62,642 nucleotides of DNA, filler included, from Actinomycetota bacterium (GCA_009886115.1; 3 parts of 3 records of this genome joined end to end with filler, not necessarily neighbours in it); one strand, 5' to 3'; shown: positions 47,562-59,119, counted from the first letter of the whole stretch. Notes: generated by a model not told the origin, from the sequence alone. Translations and numbers: made by a program.

Positions 47562-48938
47562 TCAGCCCGAGAACGCCACGACCTGGTTGACGAGGTTCTC
47601 GATGGCGGCGTTGGCCTGGCCGGTGTTGCGGCCGTTGAGGATCACCGAGAACACCACGTCGCGACCGCCGACCGTCGTGGCGTACCCCGAGAGCGTGCGG
47701 GTGTTCAGGATGGTGCCGGTCTTGGCCGAGACCACGCCGGCGCCGACGGTGCCCACGAAGCGGCGCTGCAACGTGCCGCTCTGGCCGGCGACCGGCAGGC
47801 CCGCCGCGAAGGTGGCGAACCACGGCTCCTGCCGGGCGAGGAGGAGGAGCTCGCGCCATTGCCGGGCCGACCGCTGGTTGTTGCGCGACAAGCCCGATCC
47901 GTCGAAGGCCACGGCGCCGGGCGCCGCGGCCGGGAGGCACGAGGCTGCCAGCGCCAAAACCATGGTGGCGGCTCCCGAGGCGGTCGTGCCCTTGCCCTGG
48001 GCGCGGTACGCGACCTCCTTCACCAGGGCCTCGGCGATGGCGTTGTCGCTGTACATCAGCATGTGCTGCACGAGCTTCGAGACCGGAGGCGAAGTTGTCG
48101 AAGCCAGCACCGTCCCGGTGTCGGGGGCCAGGTCGAGGCGCTTGGTCTCGCCGTCGATCGCGACGCCGTGGTGGTTCAACAGCACCCGGAGGAGCGCGGC
48201 GTTCGACCATCCGGGGCGGGTCGTGAACGTGGGATCACCCCGGTAGCGGTTGCGCTCGACCGTGATCGCGGAGACCGGCCCGATGTCGCCGGGCACGGCG
48301 CCGCTGGGCCATCCGGGGAGCGTGAACACGTCGTCGTAGCGGAAGTCGTCGTACACGAGCGCGCCGGCGACCCGGGTGACGCCCGCGGCCTTGAGCGCGG
48401 TGACGAGGGTCTCGATCGAGTCGGCGCCCTTGAGCGCGAGCCAGGGATCGCCGCCGCCGACGAGCACGAGATCGCCGTTCAGCACCGATCCCTCGACGGG
48501 CCCGGTGGCCACGAGCTGGGTTGTGAACGTGGCGTCGGGACCCAGGATCTCCAAGGCCCCCATGGCTGTGAGGATCTTCTCGTTCGACGCCGGCCGCAGC
48601 GGCTCGTCGGGCCGGTTGGCGAAGACCTCGCCGAAACCCTCGACCCAGATCGAGACCCCGACGTGATTGCCGGTCAGTCGACGGTCGCCGAGCGCGGTGG
48701 TGAGCGAGTCGACCAGTGCCGGCGGGACGGCCTCGGTGCCCGCGGCGGCGGTGTCGACCACCTCCGGGCAGCCCGTGGCCTGCTTGGGGGTCGGCGGCGA
48801 GGCCGTGGGCGCGGGGGCCGACGGCGCCGGCGGAGTGGGATGGGCGCCCGCCGCGTTCACGCCGGTGAGCAGGGTTGCCGCCAGAGCGACCGCCAGCAAC
48901 AGAGACAACTTTTGCCTCGATGGCAACAATGACAACAT
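47562..48938 (-). CDS. dacB: D-alanyl-D-alanine carboxypeptidase/endopeptidase (peptidase S13)
   Basis: Signal peptide, PASNEK, SDN, DGSGLS, KTGT. Confidence 0.9.
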   Translation of the reverse strand: MLSLLPSRQKLSLLLAVALAATLLTGVNAAGAHPTPPAPSAPAPTASPPTPKQATGCPEVVDTAAAGTEAVPPALVDSLTTALGDRRLTGNHVGVSIWVEGFGEVFANRPDEPLRPASNEKILTAMGALEILGPDATFTTQLVATGPVEGSVLNGDLVLVGGGDPWLALKGADSIETLVTALKAAGVTRVAGALVYDDFRYDDVFTLPGWPSGAVPGDIGPVSAITVERNRYRGDPTFTTRPGWSNAALLRVLLNHHGVAIDGETKRLDLAPDTGTVLASTTSPPVSKLVQHMLMYSDNAIAEALVKEVAYRAQGKGTTASGAATMVLALAASCLPAAAPGAVAFDGSGLSRNNQRSARQWRELLLLARQEPWFATFAAGLPVAGQSGTLQRRFVGTVGAGVVSAKTGTILNTRTLSGYATTVGGRDVVFSVILNGRNTGQANAAIENLVNQVVAFSG

Positions 48939-48976
48939 GGGTAACACCGTACCGTACGGGCGCCCCCCGTCAACGG

Positions 48977-50236
48977 TCAGCGCTCGCTGGCCACCAGAGC
49001 CGCCTCGAAGGCCGTCAGGCCCCGGTCGATCTCGGACTCGGAGACCACCAGGGGCGGCATCCACCTGACCACGTTGCCGAACGTACCGGCGTTCATGAGG
49101 AGCATCCGGCTCTCGCCCAGGCAGTGGGCGATCACCGCGGCCGTCCGATCGGCATCCGGGCGCCCGTCGGGTGTCACGAGCTCGCAGCCGACCATGAGGC
49201 CCGGACCCCGTACCTCGCCCAGCGCCGGATGACCGTCCTGCAAGGCTCGCAGACCCTCGGTGAGCTGGGCGCCCCGAGCGCGGGCGTTGCCGCAGAGATC
49301 CTCGTCGACGATCACGTCGATCGTCGCCAGCGCCGCGGCGCACCCGATGGGGTTCCCCCCATACGTGCCGCCGTGGGCCCCCTTGGGCCAGCGGTCCATC
49401 AGCTCCGAGCGTGCGCCGATGGCGGCGATGGGGAAGCCCGACGCGATTCCCTTGGCCATCACGACGATGTCGGGCGCCACGCCGCTGGCTTCCACGGCGA
49501 ACATCCGCCCGGTGCGGCCGAAGCCCGACTGCACCTCGTCGGCCACGAAGAGAATCCCGTGCTCGGCCGCCATCTCGGCCAGCCCGACGAGGAAGGCATC
49601 GGGCGCCGGCAGGTAGCCTCCCTCGCCGAGGACGGGCTCGATCACGAAGGCGGCGGTCTCAGAGGGCGCGGTCTGGGACTTCAGGATCGTGCGGAGCTCG
49701 TCGAGGCACCGGTCGACGGCGCGCTCCTCGGTCTCGCCGCTGCGGAACGCATGGGGGAAGGGGGCCACGAAGATGCCGGCGGGCAACGGCTGGTACCCCG
49801 AGCGGTACGAGGCCTTCGATGTGGTCATGGCCATGGTGAGATGCGTGCGGCCGTGGAACGAGCCGTTGAACACCACGATGTTCGGCCGTCCGGTCACCTG
49901 CTTGGCCAGCTTCACGGCCGCCTCGGTGGCCTCGGCCCCCGAGTTGGTGATGAAGAACGAGTCGATGCTGGGCGGGGTCACGTCGTGCAGCCGGGCGGCC
50001 AACCGGTCGAGCAGCGGGTGGCGGTAGCAGTTCACCTGGGCGTGGATGAACCGGGAGGCCTGGTCGGCGATCGCCGCGACCACCCGAGGGTGGCAGTGAC
50101 CGGTGCTGGTGACGGCGATCCCGCTGGTGAAGTCGAGGTACTCGGTGCCGTCGGCGGTGGTGACGATGCACCCGCGTCCCGACACCACGTCGAGCTCGGT
50201 GACCTGGAACCACACGTCTGACAGATGCGAACCCAT
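48977..50236 (-). CDS. Class III PLP aminotransferase (GabT-like)
   Basis: NSGAEA, FHGRT, EPVLGEGG, DEVQSGFGRTG, AKGIASG, GTYGGNP. Confidence 0.93.
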   Translation of the reverse strand: MGSHLSDVWFQVTELDVVSGRGCIVTTADGTEYLDFTSGIAVTSTGHCHPRVVAAIADQASRFIHAQVNCYRHPLLDRLAARLHDVTPPSIDSFFITNSGAEATEAAVKLAKQVTGRPNIVVFNGSFHGRTHLTMAMTTSKASYRSGYQPLPAGIFVAPFPHAFRSGETEERAVDRCLDELRTILKSQTAPSETAAFVIEPVLGEGGYLPAPDAFLVGLAEMAAEHGILFVADEVQSGFGRTGRMFAVEASGVAPDIVVMAKGIASGFPIAAIGARSELMDRWPKGAHGGTYGGNPIGCAAALATIDVIVDEDLCGNARARGAQLTEGLRALQDGHPALGEVRGPGLMVGCELVTPDGRPDADRTAAVIAHCLGESRMLLMNAGTFGNVVRWMPPLVVSESEIDRGLTAFEAALVASER

Positions 50237-50270
50237 GCTTGGCTCCCTCGTGTGTCGTACCGCGGCAGGC

Positions 50271-50312
50271 GCCCAGCGCCCAGCGGCCAGCGCCCAGCGC
50301 CCAGCGCCCAGC
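50271..50312. repeat. Tandem repeat GCCCAGC x6
   Basis: Five exact and one variant 7-bp unit in a divergent intergenic region. Confidence 0.88.
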
Positions 50313-50355
50313 GGCTCCGTCGATTGCACCACATCGGCGCCGTACTGTGCTGGAC

Positions 50356-51546
50356 ATGGCAGCGGCTTTCCCCTGGCATCCCTGCGACGAGACCCCCGAC
50401 GCGGCCCGGCCCCGTGTCGTCCGGGCGAGCGCGCCGGTGCGGGTGTGCGATCTCGGGGGTTGGACCGACACGTGGTTCTCCGGTCACGGTCGAGTGCTCA
50501 GCCTGGCGGTCGGCCCCGGTGTCGACGTGGCCGTCACGGTCGTGGCGAGCGGGACGTTCGAGACGCCGGTGGTCCTCGACGCCGTCACCCTCGGCGAGCG
50601 CTACGGACTCGTCCCCGGCCACCCGTTGACCGGCCGCCAACCGTTGCTGGAACAGGCGATCGCGTCGGTCGCGCTGCCGTCGGGATGCGATCTCGAGATC
50701 ACGATCATGTCGTCGGTCCCACCGGGGTCGAGCCTGGGGACCTCGGCCGCCGTCACGGTCGCCCTCCTCGGCGCACTCGACGCCTTGACGCCGGGACGGC
50801 TGCGTGCCGGAGCCCTGGCTCGCGCTGCGCATCGAGTCGAGCACGGGCTGGTCGGTCGCCAGTGTGGGATCCAGGACCAGATCGCGGCGGCGTACGGCGG
50901 CATCCCGTGGATCGAGATGGACGCCTTCCCCGAAGCCCGGGTCACCCGTCTCGCCCTCGACCCCGTCGTGCGTCAGGCGCTCGCCCAACGACTCGTCGTC
51001 GTGGCCCTCGAGCAGTCCCACGACTCGGCGGCGGTGCATGAGGCCGTGATCGCCCGACTGGAAGGGACGGGACCGGCGTCGCCCGAGTTGGCCGCGCTCC
51101 GTGCCGCCGCCGAGGCCGGCCGCGACGCGCTGCTGGGCGGCGATCTCGAGGCCTTCGGTCGGGCCATGGAGTCGAACACCGGGGCCCAGGCCGCGCTGCA
51201 CCCCGACCTGGTCAGTCCCGAGGCAGGACGGCTCATCGAGATCGGCCGCCGCCACGGCGCCATCGGGGCCAAGGTCAACGGCGCCGGCGGCCCTGGCGGA
51301 TCGATCGCGTTCCTGTTCGGCCCCCTGGCCCCCATTGCCTCGGGTGGTCCTGCTGGCTCGGGTGGCCCCGGTGGCTCGGTCGGCTCCGCCGGCTCGGTGA
51401 GCCGCCCGGGGGAGCCGTTGAGCGACGGAAGCGACCGGCGCTCCGAGTGTGAACGAGCTTTCGTCCAAGCCGGCGGACGGGTGCTGCCCCTGTCGCTCGC
51501 CGAGTGGGGCGTCACGATCAGGGGCGAGGCCGGGCCGGCCGGTTGA
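50356..51546 (+). CDS. GHMP kinase (HddA/fucokinase-like)
   Basis: APVRVCDLGGWTD, PPGSSLGTSAA, GIQDQ, KVNGAGG.GG. Confidence 0.85.
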   Translation: MAAAFPWHPCDETPDAARPRVVRASAPVRVCDLGGWTDTWFSGHGRVLSLAVGPGVDVAVTVVASGTFETPVVLDAVTLGERYGLVPGHPLTGRQPLLEQAIASVALPSGCDLEITIMSSVPPGSSLGTSAAVTVALLGALDALTPGRLRAGALARAAHRVEHGLVGRQCGIQDQIAAAYGGIPWIEMDAFPEARVTRLALDPVVRQALAQRLVVVALEQSHDSAAVHEAVIARLEGTGPASPELAALRAAAEAGRDALLGGDLEAFGRAMESNTGAQAALHPDLVSPEAGRLIEIGRRHGAIGAKVNGAGGPGGSIAFLFGPLAPIASGGPAGSGGPGGSVGSAGSVSRPGEPLSDGSDRRSECERAFVQAGGRVLPLSLAEWGVTIRGEAGPAG

Positions 51547-52357
51547 TCTCGTCGAGGTAGTAGGCGGGGAGCTCCATCTGGCGGGCGGCGACCTTGGGCA
51601 TCACGCCCTCACGAACGGCGATCCCGTACATGCTCTCGTTGTTGCCCGTGTACGAGACGGGCTGGGCGAGCATCCAGCAGATGCCTTCGGCGGCTTCCTC
51701 GCTGGCGTGCCAGCTCGACGTGTCGAGCTCGGGAGCGTTGGCCACGAAGCCCTCCGAAGCCACGGCGACGTCGATGCGGAACGTGTTGACCGCGATGTGG
51801 TCGTCGCGGAGCTGCTCGGCGGCGCACATGGTCATGTGCTCCATGGCGATCTTGGCCATCCCGTAGGCCATCAGCCCCGGGAAGTACTCCTTGGCGGCGC
51901 GCGACGACACGTTGACGACGCGGCCTTCGCCAGCGGCGCGGAGGTGGGGGAGCGCGCTGGCCAGCGCCACGAGCGGGGCCCGCATGTCGACGTCCATGAT
52001 GAGGTCGAAGCGCTTCATGGGGAGCTCGAGATCGCCGGGGAACGTGATCGCGGCATTGTTGACGAGGATGTCGAGGCGACCGAAGGTGTCGACGGTCGTG
52101 GCGATCATCCGTTCGACGTCGTCGTCCTTGGCCAGGTTGGTGGGAACCGCGATCGCCCGTCCGCCGACTGCTTCACAGCGGCGAACGGTGTCGTCGATCG
52201 TCCCCGGAACGGGGAGGGGCGTGGCGTCGGTGGCCCTCGCCGCGCAGGCCACCGACGCCCCCGCCTGTGCCAGGGCCACGGCCAGCGCAGCGCCCACGCC
52301 CCGCGAGGCTCCGGTGACGACTGCGACGCGGCCCGAGAAGTCGAAGGTGCTGTCCAT
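51518..52357 (-). CDS. SDR family oxidoreductase
   Basis: TGASRGVG, PGTIDDT, NNAA, YGMAK. Confidence 0.9.
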   Translation of the reverse strand: MDSTFDFSGRVAVVTGASRGVGAALAVALAQAGASVACAARATDATPLPVPGTIDDTVRRCEAVGGRAIAVPTNLAKDDDVERMIATTVDTFGRLDILVNNAAITFPGDLELPMKRFDLIMDVDMRAPLVALASALPHLRAAGEGRVVNVSSRAAKEYFPGLMAYGMAKIAMEHMTMCAAEQLRDDHIAVNTFRIDVAVASEGFVANAPELDTSSWHASEEAAEGICWMLAQPVSYTGNNESMYGIAVREGVMPKVAARQMELPAYYLDEINRPARPRP

Positions 52358-52400
52358 GAGCCGGAACATACTCACGAATGCAGGCGGCGCGCCGTGAGCG

Positions 52401-53411
52401 TCAGCCGCGGTCGTGCGCCGCGAGGGCCCAGGCGCTGCCGGAGTTGGGATCCTCCACTGCGAGGTGCAGCCCCCATCCGGTCACGTGGGCGCCGGGCGAC
52501 CACAGCCACCACTCGAGCGCGGCGGCAGCGTCGCCGATCTCGGACGGCTCCGGCGGCCAGTCGTCGAGCATCCCACCCAGAGCGCCGATCACCCACCAGG
52601 CACCGAAACGTCCCGCTGCCGCGCCCCGGCGTCGTCCGTGCACGCCTCCGGATGAACCGGCCCATGCCATCAGGGCGATGGCCTCGCTGGAGGAGATCCG
52701 CGTGGCGAGGAGCTCGGATGGGTCGTCGAGGCGGGAGCGCAGATCGCTGTCGGCCGTGCGTTCCACGACCGCAGCGACCGCGCCCATGGCATCGCCCTGC
52801 ACAGCGACCGCGGTGACCTGACCCTCCGAGCCGTTCGACCACTCCTCGACGAGGGCGGTGAAGGCGGCGAGCACGTCTGGATCGTCGAGCATGTGCGCCC
52901 CTTCACCCATCGCCATGGGCTGCAACGGTGGACGCGACGGCTCGGCCACCACGCACCCGTCTCGCTCGTACTCGGCCAGGCAGTACGACGGCTCCCACCG
53001 CGCCAGGCGCAGCGGGAGATCGAGCACGCTGACGTTGAAGAACTCGTCGACCGGCTCCCGCCGCACCACCCGCTCGTGAGCGACGATCGAACGGGCGGGG
53101 CCAACGGCGAGATGGGGCTCGAGGTCGACCCAGGTGTGGTGGCAGGCCGCAACTTCCGTGAGCGGGCCCGGGCTCATCCGCGACGGGTCGTCGATCACGG
53201 TGCCCACCAACGCAGGCGGACCGCCGAGAACCACGAGATACGACGCCCGGTGCGCTGCCGGCCAGAGCTGGCGCCCACTGTCGACGGTCGCCCGGGACCG
53301 GTCCCTGATGTCGATGAGCCCGTCCCAGTCGGCCGCGTCGAAGCAACGGTCGCAATGCTTCAGGAGCTCGTCGATGTCGTTGCTCTCTATGAGGTCGTCG
53401 AGATGGCTCAT
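52401..53411 (-). CDS. Conserved hypothetical protein (possibly DUF6183-like)
   Basis: Long ORF with genome-like codon pattern; HERV.R, WEPSY, LMAWAGSSGG.HG recalled from actinobacterial DUF proteins, unverified. Confidence 0.6.
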   Translation of the reverse strand: MSHLDDLIESNDIDELLKHCDRCFDAADWDGLIDIRDRSRATVDSGRQLWPAAHRASYLVVLGGPPALVGTVIDDPSRMSPGPLTEVAACHHTWVDLEPHLAVGPARSIVAHERVVRREPVDEFFNVSVLDLPLRLARWEPSYCLAEYERDGCVVAEPSRPPLQPMAMGEGAHMLDDPDVLAAFTALVEEWSNGSEGQVTAVAVQGDAMGAVAAVVERTADSDLRSRLDDPSELLATRISSSEAIALMAWAGSSGGVHGRRRGAAAGRFGAWWVIGALGGMLDDWPPEPSEIGDAAAALEWWLWSPGAHVTGWGLHLAVEDPNSGSAWALAAHDRG

Positions 53412-53466
53412 GCGCCGGTGGCCGACGACGGGCTCGGCGACCGGATCGAGCACCGGGTGCGAGTGC

Positions 53467-54402
53467 TCACGCGAACGCCGGCATCACGTCGGCGATGAAC
53501 GTCTCGAGGCCGTCGAGGTCGAAGGGCGGCCGCAACGCCAGCACGACGAGATCGGCGCCGGCTTCGCGGTACTCGCCGATCCGGTCGATCACCTGACCGG
53601 GCATCCCGGCCAGGGAAGCCTTCAACACGAACGCCGCGGCCGACCCGAACTGCTCGCCCATCCGGTCGCGTTTGGTGTTGGATGCAGCCTCGTCGGCGCC
53701 CAACACCAGGCCCACGTTGACGGAGCGGATCACCGACGCGGGGTCGCGCCCGAGCCCCTCCAATCGCTGGGTCAGGAGACGATTGCGTTCACCCCAGGCT
53801 TCGGGCGTGAGGAAGGCGGCGTTCCAGCCGTCGGCATGACGGGCGACGATCGACATCGCCTTCTCCCCCATGGCCCCCAGCCACAGGCGCGGCCGCTCCT
53901 GCACCATCTTCGGGTTGCAGCGGGCGTCGGTGACGCCGAAGTGCTCGCCCTGGAAGGTGGTCCGGTCGTTGGTCCAGAGGCTCTTGACGATCGCCGCTGC
54001 CTCGTCCATCTGCTTGAGGCGCTGACCGGCCGAGAGAAACGGGATGTGGTAAGCGCCGAACTCCTCGTCGTGCCAGCCGGCCCCGATGCCCATCTCGGCC
54101 CGACCGCCCGAGATGTGGTCGAGCGTGCACGCCACCTTGGCCAGCAGCGCCGGGTTGCGGTACGCCGCGCAGTAGACGAGGCAACCCACCCGGAGGTTCT
54201 TGGTGAGCGCGGCGAGCGCGGCGTGCGTCGAGACCGCCTCGAAGCAATCGCCGTCGGGGTCGTTCTGGGCCGGGTAGAAGTGGTCCCACACCGAGGCCCA
54301 CCAGAAGCCGGCTTCGTCGGCCCGGGCCCAGATCTGGCGCAGCTCGTCGAACGTGCAGTTCTGGGGGCCCGTATGCACACCGAATCGCAACGGCTCACTC
54401 AT
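53467..54402 (-). CDS. LLM-class, probably F420-dependent, oxidoreductase
   Basis: GPQN, WDHFYP, YRNPALLAK, TLDHISGGR..GIGAGW. Confidence 0.9.
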   Translation of the reverse strand: MSEPLRFGVHTGPQNCTFDELRQIWARADEAGFWWASVWDHFYPAQNDPDGDCFEAVSTHAALAALTKNLRVGCLVYCAAYRNPALLAKVACTLDHISGGRAEMGIGAGWHDEEFGAYHIPFLSAGQRLKQMDEAAAIVKSLWTNDRTTFQGEHFGVTDARCNPKMVQERPRLWLGAMGEKAMSIVARHADGWNAAFLTPEAWGERNRLLTQRLEGLGRDPASVIRSVNVGLVLGADEAASNTKRDRMGEQFGSAAAFVLKASLAGMPGQVIDRIGEYREAGADLVVLALRPPFDLDGLETFIADVMPAFA

Positions 54403-54855
54403 GGCCAGCAGGCTACCTGCGTGCCCGTCGCACGGGCGCCGAGGCCAATCGCGCCCGAGTCGACCTGACATTCGGTGAGGCGAGCGGCACGATTGCTGCG
54501 TCAGCGGGCAGGCAGCGAGCCGAGATGAGAACCATCGCCCACCGGGTTGGCATTGGCCGGCTGGTCTGTACGAGCTGACCGTGGCCGACGAGCTCCTCGG
54601 GGCGACGATCACCGTCGACGGTCGCATCCCCTCGATACGCACGCCGCTCAACCTGGGCGGCGGCTTCGCGCCAGACAGCATCTTCACGACCTTTGCCGTC
54701 GCACCCGTAACCGACCTCGTTCGGCAACTCGGGTCTGCGTAACCGAGCCGACTCGAATCGAGCCAGGGCCAACGTCGGGGCTCTGGGCTCGGGAGCGCGC
54801 ATCCGTGACCGGACCCTGGGGGGATGGGGAGGTCGCGGGTATCATCGCCGCCTCC

Positions 54856-56295
54856 ATGGCTACCAACACCGCAACCAATCACGGTCTCGCAACGACCGTC
54901 GAAGAGCTCGAAGACAACAGGGTCAAGCTCTCGATCACGGTCCCCGACGCCGAGTTCGACAAGGCCATCACCACGGCCTTCCGCAAGATCGCCCAGGAGG
55001 TGCGCATCCCGGGATTCCGGCCGGGGAAGGCGCCTCGGCGACTTCTCGAGAGCCGTTTGGGCGCGGCGGTGGGGCGCGAGCAAGCCCTGCGTGACGCCCT
55101 CCCCGACTACTACGCCGACGCTGTGATCTCCAACAAGGTCGACGTGATCGCGGCCCCCGAGATCGAGATCACCGCCGGCCACGACCGCGGCGACGTCGAA
55201 TTCACCGCCGTCGTCGAGGTGAGGCCCGTCGTGCACCTCGTGGGGTACGAGGGCGTGCAGGTCACTATCCCCGATCCGACCGTGGCCGAAGCCGACGTCG
55301 ATAGCCAGGTCGACGCGCTGCGCGGCCGGTTCGCTGAGCTCGAAGACAGCGAGCATCCGCTCATCGACGGAAACTTCGCGGTGGTCGATCTCACAGGGAC
55401 GATCGACGGCGAGGAGGTCGACGGGTTGTCGGCGTCCGACTTCATGATCGAGGTCGGATCGGGCTCGGTGCTCGACGAGCTCGACGTGGCCTTGCGGGGC
55501 AAGAAGACCGGCGACATCGTCGAGTTCACCGCCGAGCTGCCCGAGCGCTTCGGCGACCGCGCCGGCTCGACGGTCGGTTTCCGGTTCCTCGTGAAGGACA
55601 TGAAGAACCGGGTGCTCCCCGAGCCCGACGACGAGTTCGCGCAGAACGCGTCGGAGTTCGACACCATCGAAGCCTTGCGGGCCGACGTGCGCCGGCGGAT
55701 AGACACGATGCGTCGGGTGCAGGCCCAGATGGCGGTGCGGGAGAAGGTGCTCGAAGCGGTTTCCGATCTCGTCGAGATCGAGCCGCCCGAACCGCTCGTC
55801 AACCAGGAGATGCAGGCCCGCCTCGAAGACATGGCCCGTCGACTGCAGCAGCAAGGCGTGAGCTTCGAGCAATACATGACGGCCACGGGTACCGAGCCCG
55901 AGCAGATCACGAACGACCTCCGGGGGGCGGGGGAGCGGGCAGTCAAGATCGATCTCGCGCTCCGGGCTGTCGTGGTCCAAGAGGCCATCGAGGTCTCCGA
56001 CGACGAGGTCGACGACGAGCTGCACCGGTTGGCCGAGCGGCTCGGCCGCAAGGTTGCCGAGGTTCGACGCAACCTGGAACGGGGAGGGCGTCTGGAGGCG
56101 GTACGCTCTGATCTGGCCCACGGCAAGGCGGTGGCCTTCCTCGTCGACCACGCCTCCGTGGTCAACGAAGAAGGCGTCGAGCTCGACCTCACGATTCCCG
56201 AGGCCCCGAGCGCCGACACCGACCCGCCCGACGTCGACCCGACAGACGACCAGTCACACGACCCATCAGACGACCCTGCGACGACAACGGAGTGA
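54856..56295 (+). CDS. tig: Trigger factor
   Basis: [10 protein letters not shown] signature, FKBP-like middle, DDEFA; upstream of clpP-clpX. Confidence 0.95.
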   Translation: MATNTATNHGLATTVEELEDNRVKLSITVPDAEFDKAITTAFRKIAQEVRIPGFRPGKAPRRLLESRLGAAVGREQALRDALPDYYADAVISNKVDVIAAPEIEITAGHDRGDVEFTAVVEVRPVVHLVGYEGVQVTIPDPTVAEADVDSQVDALRGRFAELEDSEHPLIDGNFAVVDLTGTIDGEEVDGLSASDFMIEVGSGSVLDELDVALRGKKTGDIVEFTAELPERFGDRAGSTVGFRFLVKDMKNRVLPEPDDEFAQNASEFDTIEALRADVRRRIDTMRRVQAQMAVREKVLEAVSDLVEIEPPEPLVNQEMQARLEDMARRLQQQGVSFEQYMTATGTEPEQITNDLRGAGERAVKIDLALRAVVVQEAIEVSDDEVDDELHRLAERLGRKVAEVRRNLERGGRLEAVRSDLAHGKAVAFLVDHASVVNEEGVELDLTIPEAPSADTDPPDVDPTDDQSHDPSDDPATTTE

Positions 56296-56299
56296 TGCG

Positions 56300-56941
56300 G
56301 TGATCGAGCCGATCTACAACTATTTGGTGCCCACGGTCATCGAGCAGACCAACCGGGGCGAGCGTGCGTTTGACATCTACTCCCGCCTGCTCAAGGAGCG
56401 CATCATCTTCCTGGGCACGCCGATCGACAGCACGATCGCCAACCTGGTGATGGCCCAGCTCCTGCACCTCGAGTCGGAAGACCCCGACAAGGACATCTCG
56501 ATCTACATCAACTCGCCCGGCGGCGACATCACGGCGCTGTTCGCGATGTACGACACGATGCAGTACATCAAGCCCGACGTGTCGACCATCTGCATGGGCC
56601 AGGCGGCGTCGGCTGCAGCCGTGCTGCTGGCGGCGGGCACCAAGGGCAAGCGCTTCGCTCTGCCGCACAGCCGGATCCTCATCCACCAGCCCAGCGGTGG
56701 CGCCGGCGGCCAGGCCATCGACATCGAGATCCAGGCCAAGGAGATCATGCGGATGCGGGAGATGCTCGACCGTCTCCTGGCGCATCACACAGGCCAGGAC
56801 GCAGCGAAGATCAACAAGGACTCCGACCGCGACTTCATCATGTCGGCCATCGAGGCCAAGGAGTACGGGATGATCGACGAGGTCCTGACGAACCGTGAGT
56901 TGGCGGCCGTCGAGGCGGCTCCGGGCGTCGTCAAGGGCTGA
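56300..56941 (+). CDS. clpP: ATP-dependent Clp protease proteolytic subunit
   Basis: [32 protein letters not shown]. Confidence 0.96.
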   Translation: MIEPIYNYLVPTVIEQTNRGERAFDIYSRLLKERIIFLGTPIDSTIANLVMAQLLHLESEDPDKDISIYINSPGGDITALFAMYDTMQYIKPDVSTICMGQAASAAAVLLAAGTKGKRFALPHSRILIHQPSGGAGGQAIDIEIQAKEIMRMREMLDRLLAHHTGQDAAKINKDSDRDFIMSAIEAKEYGMIDEVLTNRELAAVEAAPGVVKG

Positions 56942-56942
56942 C

Positions 56943-56962
56943 CGGACCCACCGGTGGGTCCG
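56943..56962. repeat. Perfect 20-bp palindrome
   Basis: CGGACCCACC GGTGGGTCCG right after clpP stop. Confidence 0.8.
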
Positions 56963-57056
56963 AGCAGCACCGTCGTTTCGCATTTCTCGCAGCATCTCCA
57001 CTCACCCCTACGAGGCCATTCGGGTCCACCCCGCTGGCGACGAGGAGAACCCGATC

Positions 57057-58334
<1,278 letters not shown>

Positions 58335-58541
58335 CCGCTGCCGGCCACGTCCAAGCGCACCCGTCCACGTCCACGGCTGCAGCCTCCTGATGCTCGTCAT
58401 CGACCGAGCTTGCCGAGCGCTCCTGACGGTTGAACATGCCACGTTCGGAATCCTGCGCGCTGAGCGCCGAACAGGGGAACGGGTTGGGCATTGGATCAGA
58501 CAAACCACCGCTCCGCTCAGGTGTCCGCGAGCCCATGATGT

Positions 58542-58577
58542 ATCTGTTTCGCGATCGCGCCGGATCGCGAAACAGAT
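58542..58577. repeat. Perfect 15-bp inverted repeat with 6-nt loop
   Basis: ATCTGTTTCGCGATC-GCGCCG-GATCGCGAAACAGAT. Confidence 0.85.
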
Positions 58578-58700
58578 GAGTTTTCTGGCTCTGACGTCCG
58601 GCCGATGAGCGGCCCCAACGCCGCCTCAATGCTCCCAAGCCAACTCCAAGGCCATGGCCATGTTCGCGGTGAAGCAGCTTTGCGTGCTGTCGACGCCGAT

Positions 58701-58912
58701 GCTGCGATCCTCGGCCCCCGGGATGACCGGGGGCCGCAGCGGTCGTCGTCGGCGAGGACGCGCAAGATTGGGTTGCGATCCTCGGCCCCCGGGATGACCG
58801 GGGGCCGCTCCCAGTAGCTGGTCTCATCGTCGATCAGCAGGGCGTTGCGATCCTCGGCCCCCGGGATGACCGGGGGCCGCTTGCTCTTTCAGCCTGGTGT
58901 TCGCCGCGTCGA
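58701..58912 (-). CRISPR. CRISPR array trailer end, type I-C-like repeat
   Basis: 37-bp repeat GTTGCGATCCTCGGCCCCCGGGATGACCGGGGGCCGC at 58701 (one substitution), 58772, 58844; unique spacers 34, 35 and at least 32 bp; cut by contig end. Confidence 0.9.
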
Positions 58913-59012
58913 NNNNNNNNNNNNNNNNNNNNNNNNNNNNNNNNNNNNNNNNNNNNTTAATTAATTAANNNNNNNNNNNNNNNNNNNNNNNNNNNNNNNN
59001 NNNNNNNNNNNN
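58913..59012. other. Artificial contig linker
   Basis: N44-TTAATTAATTAA-N44. Confidence 0.97.
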
Positions 59013-59119
59013 ATAGTCGAGACCTTTCTGATCCCCGCCCAAATTCAAAAGTTATGACCTCGGCGTGAACGGTGTCTGGGTGGGGTTCGGCAACGATCCC
59101 AAGATCGGCCGCCGGCTCC
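59013..59119 (-). mobile_element. Probable insertion-sequence terminus interrupting the exonuclease gene
   Basis: Lower-GC, non-exonuclease sequence replaces the ExoI part of the gene at a contig end; minus strand GGAGCCGGCGGCCGATCTTGG recalls ISL3 left ends (from memory, unverified). Confidence 0.35.

Noticed and set aside
53467..56151. 894-aa LLM fusion
   Set aside because: The extension is the stop-free antisense of tig; true start is 54402.
58590..58700. Further degenerate CRISPR repeats left of 58701
   Set aside because: Only weak similarity (CGGCCGATGAGCGGCC) and off the 71-72 bp period.
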